In this document: positions 17,410 through 26,190 of the stretch, one piece after another
Layout: each line of letters begins with the position of its first letter
How positions within the stretch are numbered: position 1 is the stretch's first letter
Origin: Candidatus Rokuibacteriota bacterium
GTDB lineage: Bacteria > Methylomirabilota > Methylomirabilia > Rokubacteriales > CSP1-6
Reading direction: 5' to 3'
Assembly: GCA_023249095.1 (NCBI GenBank)
Contig: JAHFDK010000011.1
Span: forward strand, 1,165-65,164
Length of the DNA stretch: 64,000 bases
The notes under the pieces: generated by a model
Database searches by the model: none
What the model was told of the DNA's origin: nothing
Seen by the model: only the letters and a program-made list of their open reading frames with translations
Program-made: the position numbers and the translations under genes

Positions 17410-18687
17410 TCAGGAAGTGGCGGGCGCCGCGAGCGGCGTCGGCCGCGAGGCGACGGGCTCTTCGCGGATCGCGAGCGCCAGGCCGGCGGCGAGAAAGCCC
17501 ATGAGCGCGGCGGACACGAACGCGATCTCGTAGCCGCCGGTCCACTCGTAGATCCAACCGGCGAGCGCCGCCCCGAGCGCCGAGCCTACCTGGTGGGACA
17601 AGAAGATCCAGCCTGAGAGCTCGCCCACCGAGTATCGGCCAAAGATGTTCGCCGTCAGCGTGGTGGTGGGCGGCACGGTCGAGATGTAGTTCAGCCCGTA
17701 AACCGCGGCCCAGACGTGGAGCGAGGGCGCGTCCCAGACGTAGAGCAGGAACAGGAGCGAGAGGCCCCGGACGAAATAGTAGAATGCCAGCGGTCCCCGC
17801 CGGCCGAACCGATCGCATATCCAGCCCGAGCCAAGCGTGCCGAGCACGTTCATGGCACCCATCACGCCGAGCGCGGTCGAGGCCTGCAGCTCGCTGAAAT
17901 TGTGCTCGAGGGCGTGCGGCATAAAGTGGGTGAGCACCATGCCGTTGGCGGTGTAGCCGCAGATGAAGAACGTCGCCATCAAGAGCCAGAACTGTGGCAC
18001 CTTCAGCGCTTCCAGGATGGAGATGCGCTGAGACCTTTCGAGCGCAGCTGCCTGCGCCGCGGCGACGGCTGTGCCGGTGGCCCCGTACGGGCGGAGCCCG
18101 CGATCGGCCGGGTCGTCGCGCACGAGGAAGAGCGCCACCGGGACCACCAGCGCAAGGAGGGCCACGCCGAGCCAGAGATAGCTCATGCGCCACCCGAGCC
18201 AGAGCGTCAGCGCCATGGCGAGCGGGATCACGACGAGCTGCCCGGCCGACATGCCGCCGGCCGAGATCCCGATGGCGACGCCCCGCCGCGCCTCGAACCA
18301 CCGCGCTGCCACGGTCGCCGCCATCGGCGTGGAGACGCCGCCTGCGCCTAGCGCCATGAAAAGTCCTATGGTGACGTAAACGTGCCAGAGGCTCTGCACG
18401 AAGGCGGCGCCGACCGAGCCGGCCCCCAGCAAGAGAAGTGAGACGGTGACTATCCGCCGTGGCCCGTAGCGATCGGCAAGGCGGCCGACCAGGGGACCGG
18501 CAGCGCCCAGGAGGAGAAGCGAGATTGCCGCGGCGCCGGACAGGGCGCCCCGGCCCCAGCCGAACTCCGCCTCCATGGGCTTGATGTAGACCCCGAAGGT
18601 CGAACGGATCCCCGACCCGGCCATCATACAGAGGGTCACGGCGCCCAGCACGATCCACGCCGGGTGCACACGCCGGATCGAGCTCAC
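17410..18687 (-). CDS. MFS transporter
   Basis: Motif A GRLADRYGPR and repeat GWICDRFGRR, ~12 TM helices. Confidence 0.92.
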   Translation of the reverse strand: MSSIRRVHPAWIVLGAVTLCMMAGSGIRSTFGVYIKPMEAEFGWGRGALSGAAAISLLLLGAAGPLVGRLADRYGPRRIVTVSLLLLGAGSVGAAFVQSLWHVYVTIGLFMALGAGGVSTPMAATVAARWFEARRGVAIGISAGGMSAGQLVVIPLAMALTLWLGWRMSYLWLGVALLALVVPVALFLVRDDPADRGLRPYGATGTAVAAAQAAALERSQRISILEALKVPQFWLLMATFFICGYTANGMVLTHFMPHALEHNFSELQASTALGVMGAMNVLGTLGSGWICDRFGRRGPLAFYYFVRGLSLLFLLYVWDAPSLHVWAAVYGLNYISTVPPTTTLTANIFGRYSVGELSGWIFLSHQVGSALGAALAGWIYEWTGGYEIAFVSAALMGFLAAGLALAIREEPVASRPTPLAAPATS

Positions 18688-18738
18688 GAGTCTAGGATGC
18701 CACCTTCCCGGGTCGGAGATTCAAGGGAACACGGGAGG

Positions 18739-18779
18739 GCAGGGTTGGGCCGGGGAGGCACTCCCCGGCCCAACCCTGC
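18739..18779. terminator. Perfect 19-bp inverted repeat between clpB and the MFS gene
   Basis: GCAGGGTTGGGCCGGGGAG-GCA-CTCCCCGGCCCAACCCTGC, 12 nt after the clpB stop. No poly-U tail. Confidence 0.6.
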
Positions 18780-18791
18780 TGGCGACGTGGG

Positions 18792-21389
18792 CTAGCCGAC
18801 GACTTCGGCCGGCGCTGCGCGCTTGAACACGATCGCGTCCCCCTCGGCGTCGACCGTCACGGTATCTCCGTCGGAGAGCTCGCGCTGGAGCAGCTTCAGC
18901 GAGAGCGGGTCCTGGACCAACCGCTGGATGGTGCGCTTGAGTGGCCGGGCCCCGAACGTCGGGTCGTAGCCCTCGCGCCCGAGGAGCGCGCGGGCTCCAT
19001 CGGTGACCTCGAGCTCGATCCGCCGCGCCGCGAGACGGCGCCGGAGGTGTCCGAGCTGGATGTCCACGATTCGGGCGATCTCGTCGCGCCCCAGGGGGGC
19101 GAAGATCACCACGTCGTCGATCCGGTTGAGAAACTCCGGTCGGAGCGTATTCCGTAGCTCCTGCATGAGGAGCGGGCGGACTTTCTCGGGTCGCTCGTAC
19201 TCGCGGAAGATGTGGCTCCCCAGGTTCGAGGTCATGATGACGACCGTGTTCCGGAAGTCGACCGTGCGCCCGTGGCCATCGGTCAGACGACCGTCGTCGA
19301 GGAGCTGCAGCAGGACGTTGAACACGTCCGCGTGCGCCTTCTCGATCTCGTCGAAGAGGATGACCGAGTAGGGGCGACGACGCGCGGCTTCGGTGAGCTG
19401 CCCGCCTTCGTCATAGCCGACGTAGCCCGGCGGCGCCCCGATCAGGCGGGCCACCGTGTGCTTTTCCATGTACTCGGACATGTCGATCCGGATCATCGCG
19501 CGTTCGTCGTCGAAGAGGAACTCGGCGAGGGCGCGCGCGAGCTCGGTCTTCCCAACTCCGGTGGGCCCGAGGAAGAGGAACGAGCCGATGGGCCGATTGG
19601 GGTCGGCGAGCCCCGACCGAGCGCGCCGGACCGCATTGGCCACGGCGCGGAGGGCCTCGTCCTGGCCGACGACGCGCCGCGCGAGCCGCTCCTCCATGTT
19701 GACGAGCTTCTGGATCTCGCCCTCGAGGAGCCGGGTGACGGGGATCCCCGTCCACTTGCCCACCGTGGCGGCGATATCCTCCTCGTCGACCTCCTCACGC
19801 AGCATGCGCCCCTGTGCGTGTTGGTCGGCGAGTCGCGCGTCGAGCTCGCCGAGCTGCTTCTCGAGCGCCATCAGCGTGCCGTAGCGAAGCTCGGCGGCGC
19901 GGTTCAGATCCCCGCGGCGCTCCGCGTCGGCCATCGCGTGCCGCGTCGTCTCGATCTCCTCCTTGATCTTTCCGATCCGTGTGATGCCCTCCTTCTCGGC
20001 CTGCCACCGCGCCTTGAGGCCGTCACCCTTTTCACGGAGCTCGGCCAGCTCCGCGTCGATCTTCGCGAGCCGCTCGCGCGAGACGGCGTCCTCCTCGCGC
20101 GCGAGGGAGACACGCTCGATCTGAAGCTGCATGACGCGGCGCTCGATCTCGTCGATTTCCTGCGGCATCGAGTCGATCTGCATTCGGATGCGCGCGGCGG
20201 CCTCGTCGATGAGGTCGATCGCCTTGTCGGGCAGAAAGCGGTCGCCGATGTAGCGATGGGAGAGCACGGCCGCCGCGACGAGCGCGGTGTCCTTGATCTT
20301 CACCTTGTGGTGGACCTCGTACTTGTCCTTCAGGCCGCGCAGGATCGCGATGGTGTCCTCCACCGAGGGCTCACGGACCATGACCGGCTGGAACCGGCGT
20401 TCGAGCGCGGCGTCCTTCTCGATGTGCTTGCGGTACTCGTCGAGCGTTGTCGCCCCGACGCAGCGCAGCTCGCCCCGCGCCAGCGCGGGCTTGAGCATGT
20501 TGGCCGCGTCGACAGCCCCTTCGGCCGCGCCCGCGCCCACGAGGGTGTGGAGCTCGTCGATGAAGCAGATGATGGCGCCCGCGGCCTCGGTGATCTCCTT
20601 CAAGACGGCCTTCAAACGGTCCTCGAACTCGCCACGATACTTCGACCCTGCCACCAGAGCGCCGATGTCGAGCGCGACGAGCTGCTTGCCCTTCAGCCCT
20701 TCGGGCACGTCGCCGGCGACGATCCGCTGGGCGAGCCCCTCGACGATCGCCGTCTTGCCGACACCGGGCTCACCGATGAGGACCGGGTTGTTCTTGGTGC
20801 GGCGCGAGAGCACCTGGATCACGCGCCGGATCTCCTCGTCGCGGCCGATGACCGGGTCGAGCTTGCCCCGGCGCGCGAGGTCCGTGAGGTCGCGGGAATA
20901 GCGGAGGAGCGCCTGGTACTTCTCCTCCGGGTTCGGATCGGTCACGCGCTGTGTCCCGCGAATTTCCACGAGGGCCTTGTAGATCGCCTCGGCGCTGACA
21001 CCGTTGGCCGTCAGCACGCGGCCCGTGGCCCCATCGCGCTCCTGCGCGAGCGCCAGCAGAAGGTGCTCGGTCGAGACGTATTCGTCCTTGAGCCGCTCGG
21101 CCTCGGCCTGGGCCCGATCGAGCGCCTGCCGCGTCCGCTCCCCCAGGTAGTGCCCGCTCGCGCCCTTGACCGTCGCCAGCTTGCCGAGCGCGGCCTGGAG
21201 CTCGCGCTGGATCGCTTCGGGGCGCGCCCCGAGCTTCGCCAGAACAGGCCCGACGACGCCTTCACGCTGCTCGAGAAGGGCGACGAGCAGATGCTCGGGC
21301 TCGATCGCCTGATGGTCGTGCTGGTCGGCCATCGACTGCGCCGCCTGCAACGCCTCCTGCGCCTTCACGGTGAATTTGTCCAGTCTCAT
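18792..21389 (-). CDS. clpB: ATP-dependent chaperone ClpB
   Basis: 865 aa, two AAA modules ([16 protein letters not shown]), coiled-coil M domain, [11 protein letters not shown]. Confidence 0.97.
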   Translation of the reverse strand: MRLDKFTVKAQEALQAAQSMADQHDHQAIEPEHLLVALLEQREGVVGPVLAKLGARPEAIQRELQAALGKLATVKGASGHYLGERTRQALDRAQAEAERLKDEYVSTEHLLLALAQERDGATGRVLTANGVSAEAIYKALVEIRGTQRVTDPNPEEKYQALLRYSRDLTDLARRGKLDPVIGRDEEIRRVIQVLSRRTKNNPVLIGEPGVGKTAIVEGLAQRIVAGDVPEGLKGKQLVALDIGALVAGSKYRGEFEDRLKAVLKEITEAAGAIICFIDELHTLVGAGAAEGAVDAANMLKPALARGELRCVGATTLDEYRKHIEKDAALERRFQPVMVREPSVEDTIAILRGLKDKYEVHHKVKIKDTALVAAAVLSHRYIGDRFLPDKAIDLIDEAAARIRMQIDSMPQEIDEIERRVMQLQIERVSLAREEDAVSRERLAKIDAELAELREKGDGLKARWQAEKEGITRIGKIKEEIETTRHAMADAERRGDLNRAAELRYGTLMALEKQLGELDARLADQHAQGRMLREEVDEEDIAATVGKWTGIPVTRLLEGEIQKLVNMEERLARRVVGQDEALRAVANAVRRARSGLADPNRPIGSFLFLGPTGVGKTELARALAEFLFDDERAMIRIDMSEYMEKHTVARLIGAPPGYVGYDEGGQLTEAARRRPYSVILFDEIEKAHADVFNVLLQLLDDGRLTDGHGRTVDFRNTVVIMTSNLGSHIFREYERPEKVRPLLMQELRNTLRPEFLNRIDDVVIFAPLGRDEIARIVDIQLGHLRRRLAARRIELEVTDGARALLGREGYDPTFGARPLKRTIQRLVQDPLSLKLLQRELSDGDTVTVDAEGDAIVFKRAAPAEVVG

Positions 21390-21482
21390 GTTCTAATTCT
21401 TCCCTTTTTCAAGCTCGCCTCGACGGCGGAGCCATAGTCGTTCTGCTCGCTCGCGTCTGCGTCCTGCTCGACTCCCCGTGGG

Positions 21483-22514
21483 CTACCCCAGGTACGCCCG
21501 GGGGTTATCTCGGCGGAGCGCCGCGAGCTTCTCGTACAGCTCGCGTTCCGCGGGCGCCACATCGCTCGGCATGACGATCTTCACCGCCACCAGCTGATCG
21601 CCCGCGCCGGTGCCCTTGAGACGCGGCATCCCGTAGCCCGGAAGTCTGAATGTGCGTCCGCTCGACGTCGCGGGCGGTACCTTCATCGACACCTTGCCGC
21701 GCAGGGTCGGCACCTCGAGCGTGGTCCCCAGCGCGGCCTCGGGCGCAGTGATCGGCAGGGTCAGATGCACGTCGTCGCCCTTGCGCTCGAGGAACGGGTG
21801 TGACGCCACCGTGACACTCAGGTAGAGGTCGCCGCGCGCTCCCGCCGTGCCGGCGCCCTCGCCGGAGACGCGCACGCGCTGCCCACTCTTCACGCCCGCC
21901 GGTATCTTCACATCGACCTGACGGCGCGCCCGCTGCCAGCCTCCGCCGCCGCACGCGGCGCACGGCTTTCCCTTGACGTGGCCGGAGCCTTGACAGGTTC
22001 CGCAAGGTTCCTCGAGGTCCAGGGCGAATGTCTTCCGCGCGCCGTGGAAGGCCTCGTCGAGCGAGATTTCGACGTTCGCCTGTACATCCCCACCGCGGGA
22101 GCTTTGGTCCCGATCGAAGAGATCTTCGATTCGCATCCCCCCGCCCCGTGGCCCACGTCGCGCCTGCGCCCCCAGGTCGCCGAAGATGGTGCGAAAGAAC
22201 TCAGAAAAGTCCCCGGTGGTTCCGAGGTCATCGCCGTATTCCACTCTGAACCCGCTGCCACGGCCCCCGGGCGGGGACTGGGAATATCCCTTCCAGTCGG
22301 GTCCGAGCGAATCGTAGCGGCGGCGCTTCTCGGGGTCGGAGAGGACCTCGTACGCTTCGCTGATCTCCTTGAAGCGTTCGGTGGCGTCCTTGGTCTTTGC
22401 GACGTCGGGGTGATGCTTTCGCGCGAGTCGTCGATACGCGGACTTGATCGTCTTGTCGTCGGCCTTCCGGTCGACTCCGAGAATCCGATAGTAGTCTTTG
22501 AAATCGACCGCCAT
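21483..22514 (-). CDS. DnaJ-family (CbpA/DnaJ2-like) co-chaperone
   Basis: J domain with HPD, G/F region, only two CxxCxGxG repeats, DnaJ C-terminal domain. Confidence 0.92.
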   Translation of the reverse strand: MAVDFKDYYRILGVDRKADDKTIKSAYRRLARKHHPDVAKTKDATERFKEISEAYEVLSDPEKRRRYDSLGPDWKGYSQSPPGGRGSGFRVEYGDDLGTTGDFSEFFRTIFGDLGAQARRGPRGGGMRIEDLFDRDQSSRGGDVQANVEISLDEAFHGARKTFALDLEEPCGTCQGSGHVKGKPCAACGGGGWQRARRQVDVKIPAGVKSGQRVRVSGEGAGTAGARGDLYLSVTVASHPFLERKGDDVHLTLPITAPEAALGTTLEVPTLRGKVSMKVPPATSSGRTFRLPGYGMPRLKGTGAGDQLVAVKIVMPSDVAPAERELYEKLAALRRDNPRAYLG

Positions 22515-22534
22515 TTTCGACTTATCCTACAAGA

Positions 22535-22543
22535 AGTATAGCA
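22535..22543 (-). promoter_or_regulatory. Extended -10 promoter (TGcTATACT) for the dnaJ-like/clpB genes
   Basis: On the minus strand, 20 nt upstream of ATG 22514, inside an AT-rich intergenic region. Confidence 0.55.
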
Positions 22544-22648
22544 GACGATTTGAGTCTTTCGCGCTAACGTCTAAATCCATACTAACCGACGATTTATTCC
22601 ATGAAAAATCTCAAATTAGAGAGCCTTTTGAGGTACTTCTCGGGCGCT

Positions 22649-24130
22649 TTATCCTCGACCAACACGGAAGGCGACGTAGAGGGACATCGGTCCGCGCTGA
22701 AGCAGGACCGTGAGCGGATCGCCTTCCTTGACGTCACGGGTCAGGCGCTCGAAATCCACCATCGTCCGCACCGTCTGGCTGTTGAGCTGCTTGATCACGT
22801 CGCCGCGCTGGACGCCAGCTTCCGCCGCCGCGCTCCCATCCTCGACGCGGACCACGACGACACCGTCGGTAGACCGGAGGTTGAGTTGCCGCGCGATTTC
22901 GGGTGTTACGGGGCGGACCTCGAGCCCGAGCATCGAGCGAGCGCGGCCGCCCGGCCGCGGCTGCTGGGCCTGGCGCTCGTCGGGGGCTTGGCCAACCTTG
23001 ACCTCGACGGTCTTCTCGCTCTGCTCACGCCAGACCTTGACCTTCGCCGTGCGGTCGGGGGAGGCGAGGCCGACGGCGCGCTGCAGGTCGCCCGGACCTT
23101 CCATCGGGCGTCCCTCGAACTCGAGCAGGATATCGCCAGGCTTGAGACCGCCCTTTGCGGCTGGGCTGTCCGGCACTACTTCGTTGATGAGCACACCCTT
23201 CGGGTCCTTGGCGCCGAACGAGCGAGCCAGCTCGGGGGTAAGCGGCTGGATCGAAATGCCGAGCCACCCACGCGTCACGCGGCCCTTGTCGCGGAGCTCC
23301 GCGTAGATCTTCCGCGCCATGTTCGAGGGGATCGCAAAGCCGATGCCTGAGCCGCCGGCGACGATCGCGGTATTGATCCCGATCACCTCGCCCTGCATGT
23401 TCACCAGCGGCCCCCCGGAGTTGCCCGGATTGATCGCGGCGTCGGTCTGAAGGAAGTCGTCGAACGGGCCCTGGTCGAGCTGCCGCGCCTTGGCGCTGAT
23501 GATGCCGGCCGTGACCGTAGCCTGCAGGCCGAACGGGGAGCCGACGGCGAGCACCCAGTCCCCCACTTGGATCCGGTCGGAGTCACCCAGGCGCGCGTAC
23601 TTGAAGGTGCCTTTCCCGTCGTCGAGCTTGAGGACGGCGAGGTCGGTCTTCTTGTCCACCCCGATGATCTTGGCCTTGTGCTTTCCGCCGTCGAGCGTCA
23701 CCACTTCGATCTCCGTGGCCTTCTCGACCACGTGGGCATTCGTGAGCGCGATCCCGGTGGGATCCACGATGACGCCCGAACCGAGGCTCCGCTGCGGGAT
23801 GCGTTCGGGTACCTCGCCGAAGAAGCGCCGGAAGAACTCCTCCCCGAAGTACTCCTCGAACGGCGTGCGGCCCTGGAGGCCAGCCCCTCGCGAGAAGGTG
23901 TTGATGTTGATCACGGCCGGCTTGATCGCGTCCGCGACCGCGGCGAACGTCCCACCCGGAGGCGGCATCTGCACCGGGAGGATCGGCAGCGGGCTGACAG
24001 GCGCCTGCGCCAGCATCGGCGGGCGCCGGAGCTCCGCGCGGGGCGCCGTGAACGCCCCGAGCGCGACGCCCGCCACCAGGGCGAGTACCAGTGCTCCGAG
24101 AAAAGTCCTTCGCTTGAGCTGCATCGTCAT
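22649..24130 (-). CDS. degP: Do/DegP (HtrA) serine protease with two PDZ domains
   Basis: [20 protein letters not shown] catalytic triad motifs, two PDZ domains, N-terminal signal/TM. Confidence 0.93.
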   Translation of the reverse strand: MTMQLKRRTFLGALVLALVAGVALGAFTAPRAELRRPPMLAQAPVSPLPILPVQMPPPGGTFAAVADAIKPAVININTFSRGAGLQGRTPFEEYFGEEFFRRFFGEVPERIPQRSLGSGVIVDPTGIALTNAHVVEKATEIEVVTLDGGKHKAKIIGVDKKTDLAVLKLDDGKGTFKYARLGDSDRIQVGDWVLAVGSPFGLQATVTAGIISAKARQLDQGPFDDFLQTDAAINPGNSGGPLVNMQGEVIGINTAIVAGGSGIGFAIPSNMARKIYAELRDKGRVTRGWLGISIQPLTPELARSFGAKDPKGVLINEVVPDSPAAKGGLKPGDILLEFEGRPMEGPGDLQRAVGLASPDRTAKVKVWREQSEKTVEVKVGQAPDERQAQQPRPGGRARSMLGLEVRPVTPEIARQLNLRSTDGVVVVRVEDGSAAAEAGVQRGDVIKQLNSQTVRTMVDFERLTRDVKEGDPLTVLLQRGPMSLYVAFRVGRG

Positions 24131-26031
24131 CGCATCTCCTCCATCATGCTTTCGCCGGCCAGCGCCCTGCGGAGTCGCTCCCCCTCGAGCGTCTCCGTCC
24201 GCTTCAGCGCTTGGGCTGCGGAAATCAGGACGGCCTTCTTCGTCGTCAGCATCCCACGGACCCGGTCGTGGGTGCGCTCGAGGATCGCCCGCACTTCCTC
24301 GTCGATCGTCCGAGCGGTCGCCTCGCTGTATTCGCGTTCGCCGCCGATTCCGGCGCCTTTGAGGAAGAGCGACGTGCGCTCGCCGTAGGTCGCGAGCCCC
24401 ACCCGCTCCGACATCCCGTACTTCGTCACCATGAGGCGCGCCACCTCGGTCGCGCGCTCGAGGTCGTTGTGTGCGCCGGTCGAGACCTCGCCGTAGACGA
24501 GCTCCTCGGCGACGCGTCCGCCGAGCAGGACCGCGATTCGATCCTCCAGCTCGCTCCGGGTCATCAGGAAGCGCTCCTCCGTCGGCAGCTGGTAGGTCAT
24601 TCCGAGCGCGGCGATGCCGCGCGGGATGATCGTCACCTTGTGAACGGGGTCGGCGTGGGCGACCGAGGTGGCCACCAGCGCGTGACCCATCTCGTGATGG
24701 GCGACGATATCGCGCTCCTTTTCGGAGAGGACTCGACTCTTCTTTTCGAGTCCCGCGACGACTCGATCGATCGCTTCTTCGAAGTCGGACATCTCGACCG
24801 CGTTCTTCTCCTTGCGCGCCGCGAGCAGCGCCGCCTCGTTGACGATGTTGGCGAGATCGGCGCCCGCGAAACCCGGCGTGCGCGCTGCAATGATGCCGAG
24901 GTCGACGCCCTGCGCCAGGACCACGGCGCGGGCGTGCAGTCTCAGGATTGCCTCGCGGCCCCGGAGATCGGGCTTGTCGACGACGACCTGCCGGTCGAAG
25001 CGGCCCGGGCGCAGGAGCGCCTGGTCGAGCACCTCGGGGCGGTTCGTCGCGGCCATGATGATCACGCCCTTCGAGGAGTCGAAGCCGTCCATCTCAGCCA
25101 GCAGCTGGTTGAGGGTCTGCTCGCGCTCGTCGTGGCCCCCGATGAACCCGGTGCTGCCCGCACGCGACTTGCCGATCGCGTCCAGCTCGTCGATGAAGAT
25201 GATGCACGGGGCCTTGTCCTTGGCCTGTTCGAACAAGTCGCGGACGCGCGCGGCACCAACGCCGACGAACATCTCGACGAACTCGGAGCCGGACAGGGTG
25301 AAGAAGGGCACGTCCGCCTCGCCCGCGACGGCCCGCGCCAGCAGGGTCTTGCCCGTGCCCGGAGGACCCACCACCAGCACGCCCTTGGGAATACGGCCGC
25401 CGAGCCGCTGGTACTTTCTCGGATTTTTGAGGAAGTCGACGATCTCGACGAGCTCGGCCTTCGCCTCGTCGACGCCGGCGACGTCGCCGAACGTCGTTTT
25501 GAGCTCCTTGCGATCGAAGATCTTGTGTTTGGAGCGGCCGAACGAGAGTGCCTGTGTGGGCCCGCCCCCGACCCGCCGCATCAGGACCATCCAGATGGCG
25601 ATCATGACCCCGAGCGGGATGATCCAGCCGAAGAAGAGGTCGCGAACGAAGGTCGACTCGATCTTCCCGGTGAATTCGACCTTGTGCCGCTCGAGCTCGG
25701 CGATGAGCGGCGCCTCCTCCACGCCGGGGATTCGGGTCACCGTGAACACACGTACTTCGGCGGCGTCGGACGTGAGCCACTGGCGGAGGCGGTCACCCGC
25801 CCCGCTCGGCCCGGTGGGGAGCGCATCGGGCTTCGCGATACCCCGGATTTCCCGCTCGGTCAGCGCCACCTTCTCGACCTTGTCGGCGCGCACGAGGTCG
25901 AGGAACCTGGACATCGGGATCTCGACCGTGCGGGGGGCCTGAAGCCAGGACTGCAGTAGCAGCAGGACCATCGCTGCGACCAGCACGTAGGCCAGCGAGA
26001 ACTGGATGCGCTGGTTGAGCCGCGGCTTCAT
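24127..26031 (-). CDS. ftsH: ATP-dependent zinc metalloprotease FtsH
   Basis: Two TM helices, [23 protein letters not shown] zinc motif. Confidence 0.96.
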   Translation of the reverse strand: MKPRLNQRIQFSLAYVLVAAMVLLLLQSWLQAPRTVEIPMSRFLDLVRADKVEKVALTEREIRGIAKPDALPTGPSGAGDRLRQWLTSDAAEVRVFTVTRIPGVEEAPLIAELERHKVEFTGKIESTFVRDLFFGWIIPLGVMIAIWMVLMRRVGGGPTQALSFGRSKHKIFDRKELKTTFGDVAGVDEAKAELVEIVDFLKNPRKYQRLGGRIPKGVLVVGPPGTGKTLLARAVAGEADVPFFTLSGSEFVEMFVGVGAARVRDLFEQAKDKAPCIIFIDELDAIGKSRAGSTGFIGGHDEREQTLNQLLAEMDGFDSSKGVIIMAATNRPEVLDQALLRPGRFDRQVVVDKPDLRGREAILRLHARAVVLAQGVDLGIIAARTPGFAGADLANIVNEAALLAARKEKNAVEMSDFEEAIDRVVAGLEKKSRVLSEKERDIVAHHEMGHALVATSVAHADPVHKVTIIPRGIAALGMTYQLPTEERFLMTRSELEDRIAVLLGGRVAEELVYGEVSTGAHNDLERATEVARLMVTKYGMSERVGLATYGERTSLFLKGAGIGGEREYSEATARTIDEEVRAILERTHDRVRGMLTTKKAVLISAAQALKRTETLEGERLRRALAGESMMEEMR

Positions 26032-26048
26032 CGATGCCCCCTTCCGTC

Positions 26049-26125
26049 ATGCTAGCGTCGGCGCGATGGTGTGTCAAACGTGCAGCCTCTTTTCGCTTGA
26101 CACATCAAGCCCTTTGGCCTAAAAG
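26049..26125. promoter_or_regulatory. Back-to-back sigma70-type promoters
   Basis: Minus strand: TTGACA (26077-26072), 17 nt, TAGCAT (26054-26049). Plus strand: TTGACA (26097-26102), 17 nt, TAAAAG (26120-26125, weaker). Confidence 0.65.
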
Positions 26126-26190
26126 TTGGCGCTGACCGCTCCTGTGAAACTGAGAACAAGCTCATCTCTCGCGAGGGTCGGCCAACACCG

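Noticed and set aside
21407-21415. Sigma-32 -35 element (CTTGAAA) before clpB
   Set aside because: The matching -10 would fall on the start codon, and no CCCCAT is present.
19212-21437. 741-aa antisense ORF over clpB, and similar long ORFs (4004-5587, 24211-25959, 26359-28149)
   Set aside because: Shadow ORFs expected from high-GC codon bias opposite strongly conserved genes, with no protein motifs.
22515-22648. CIRCE (HrcA) or HAIR (HspR) operator
   Set aside because: Only half-site-like words are present. Neither TTAGCACTC-N9-GAGTGCTAA nor CTTGAGT-N7-ACTCAAG geometry is met.
26096-26109. FNR box upstream of the respiratory operon
   Set aside because: TTGAC-AC-ATCAA has a 2-nt spacer rather than the 4 nt of TTGAT-N4-ATCAA. 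Kept only as an unassigned palindrome.
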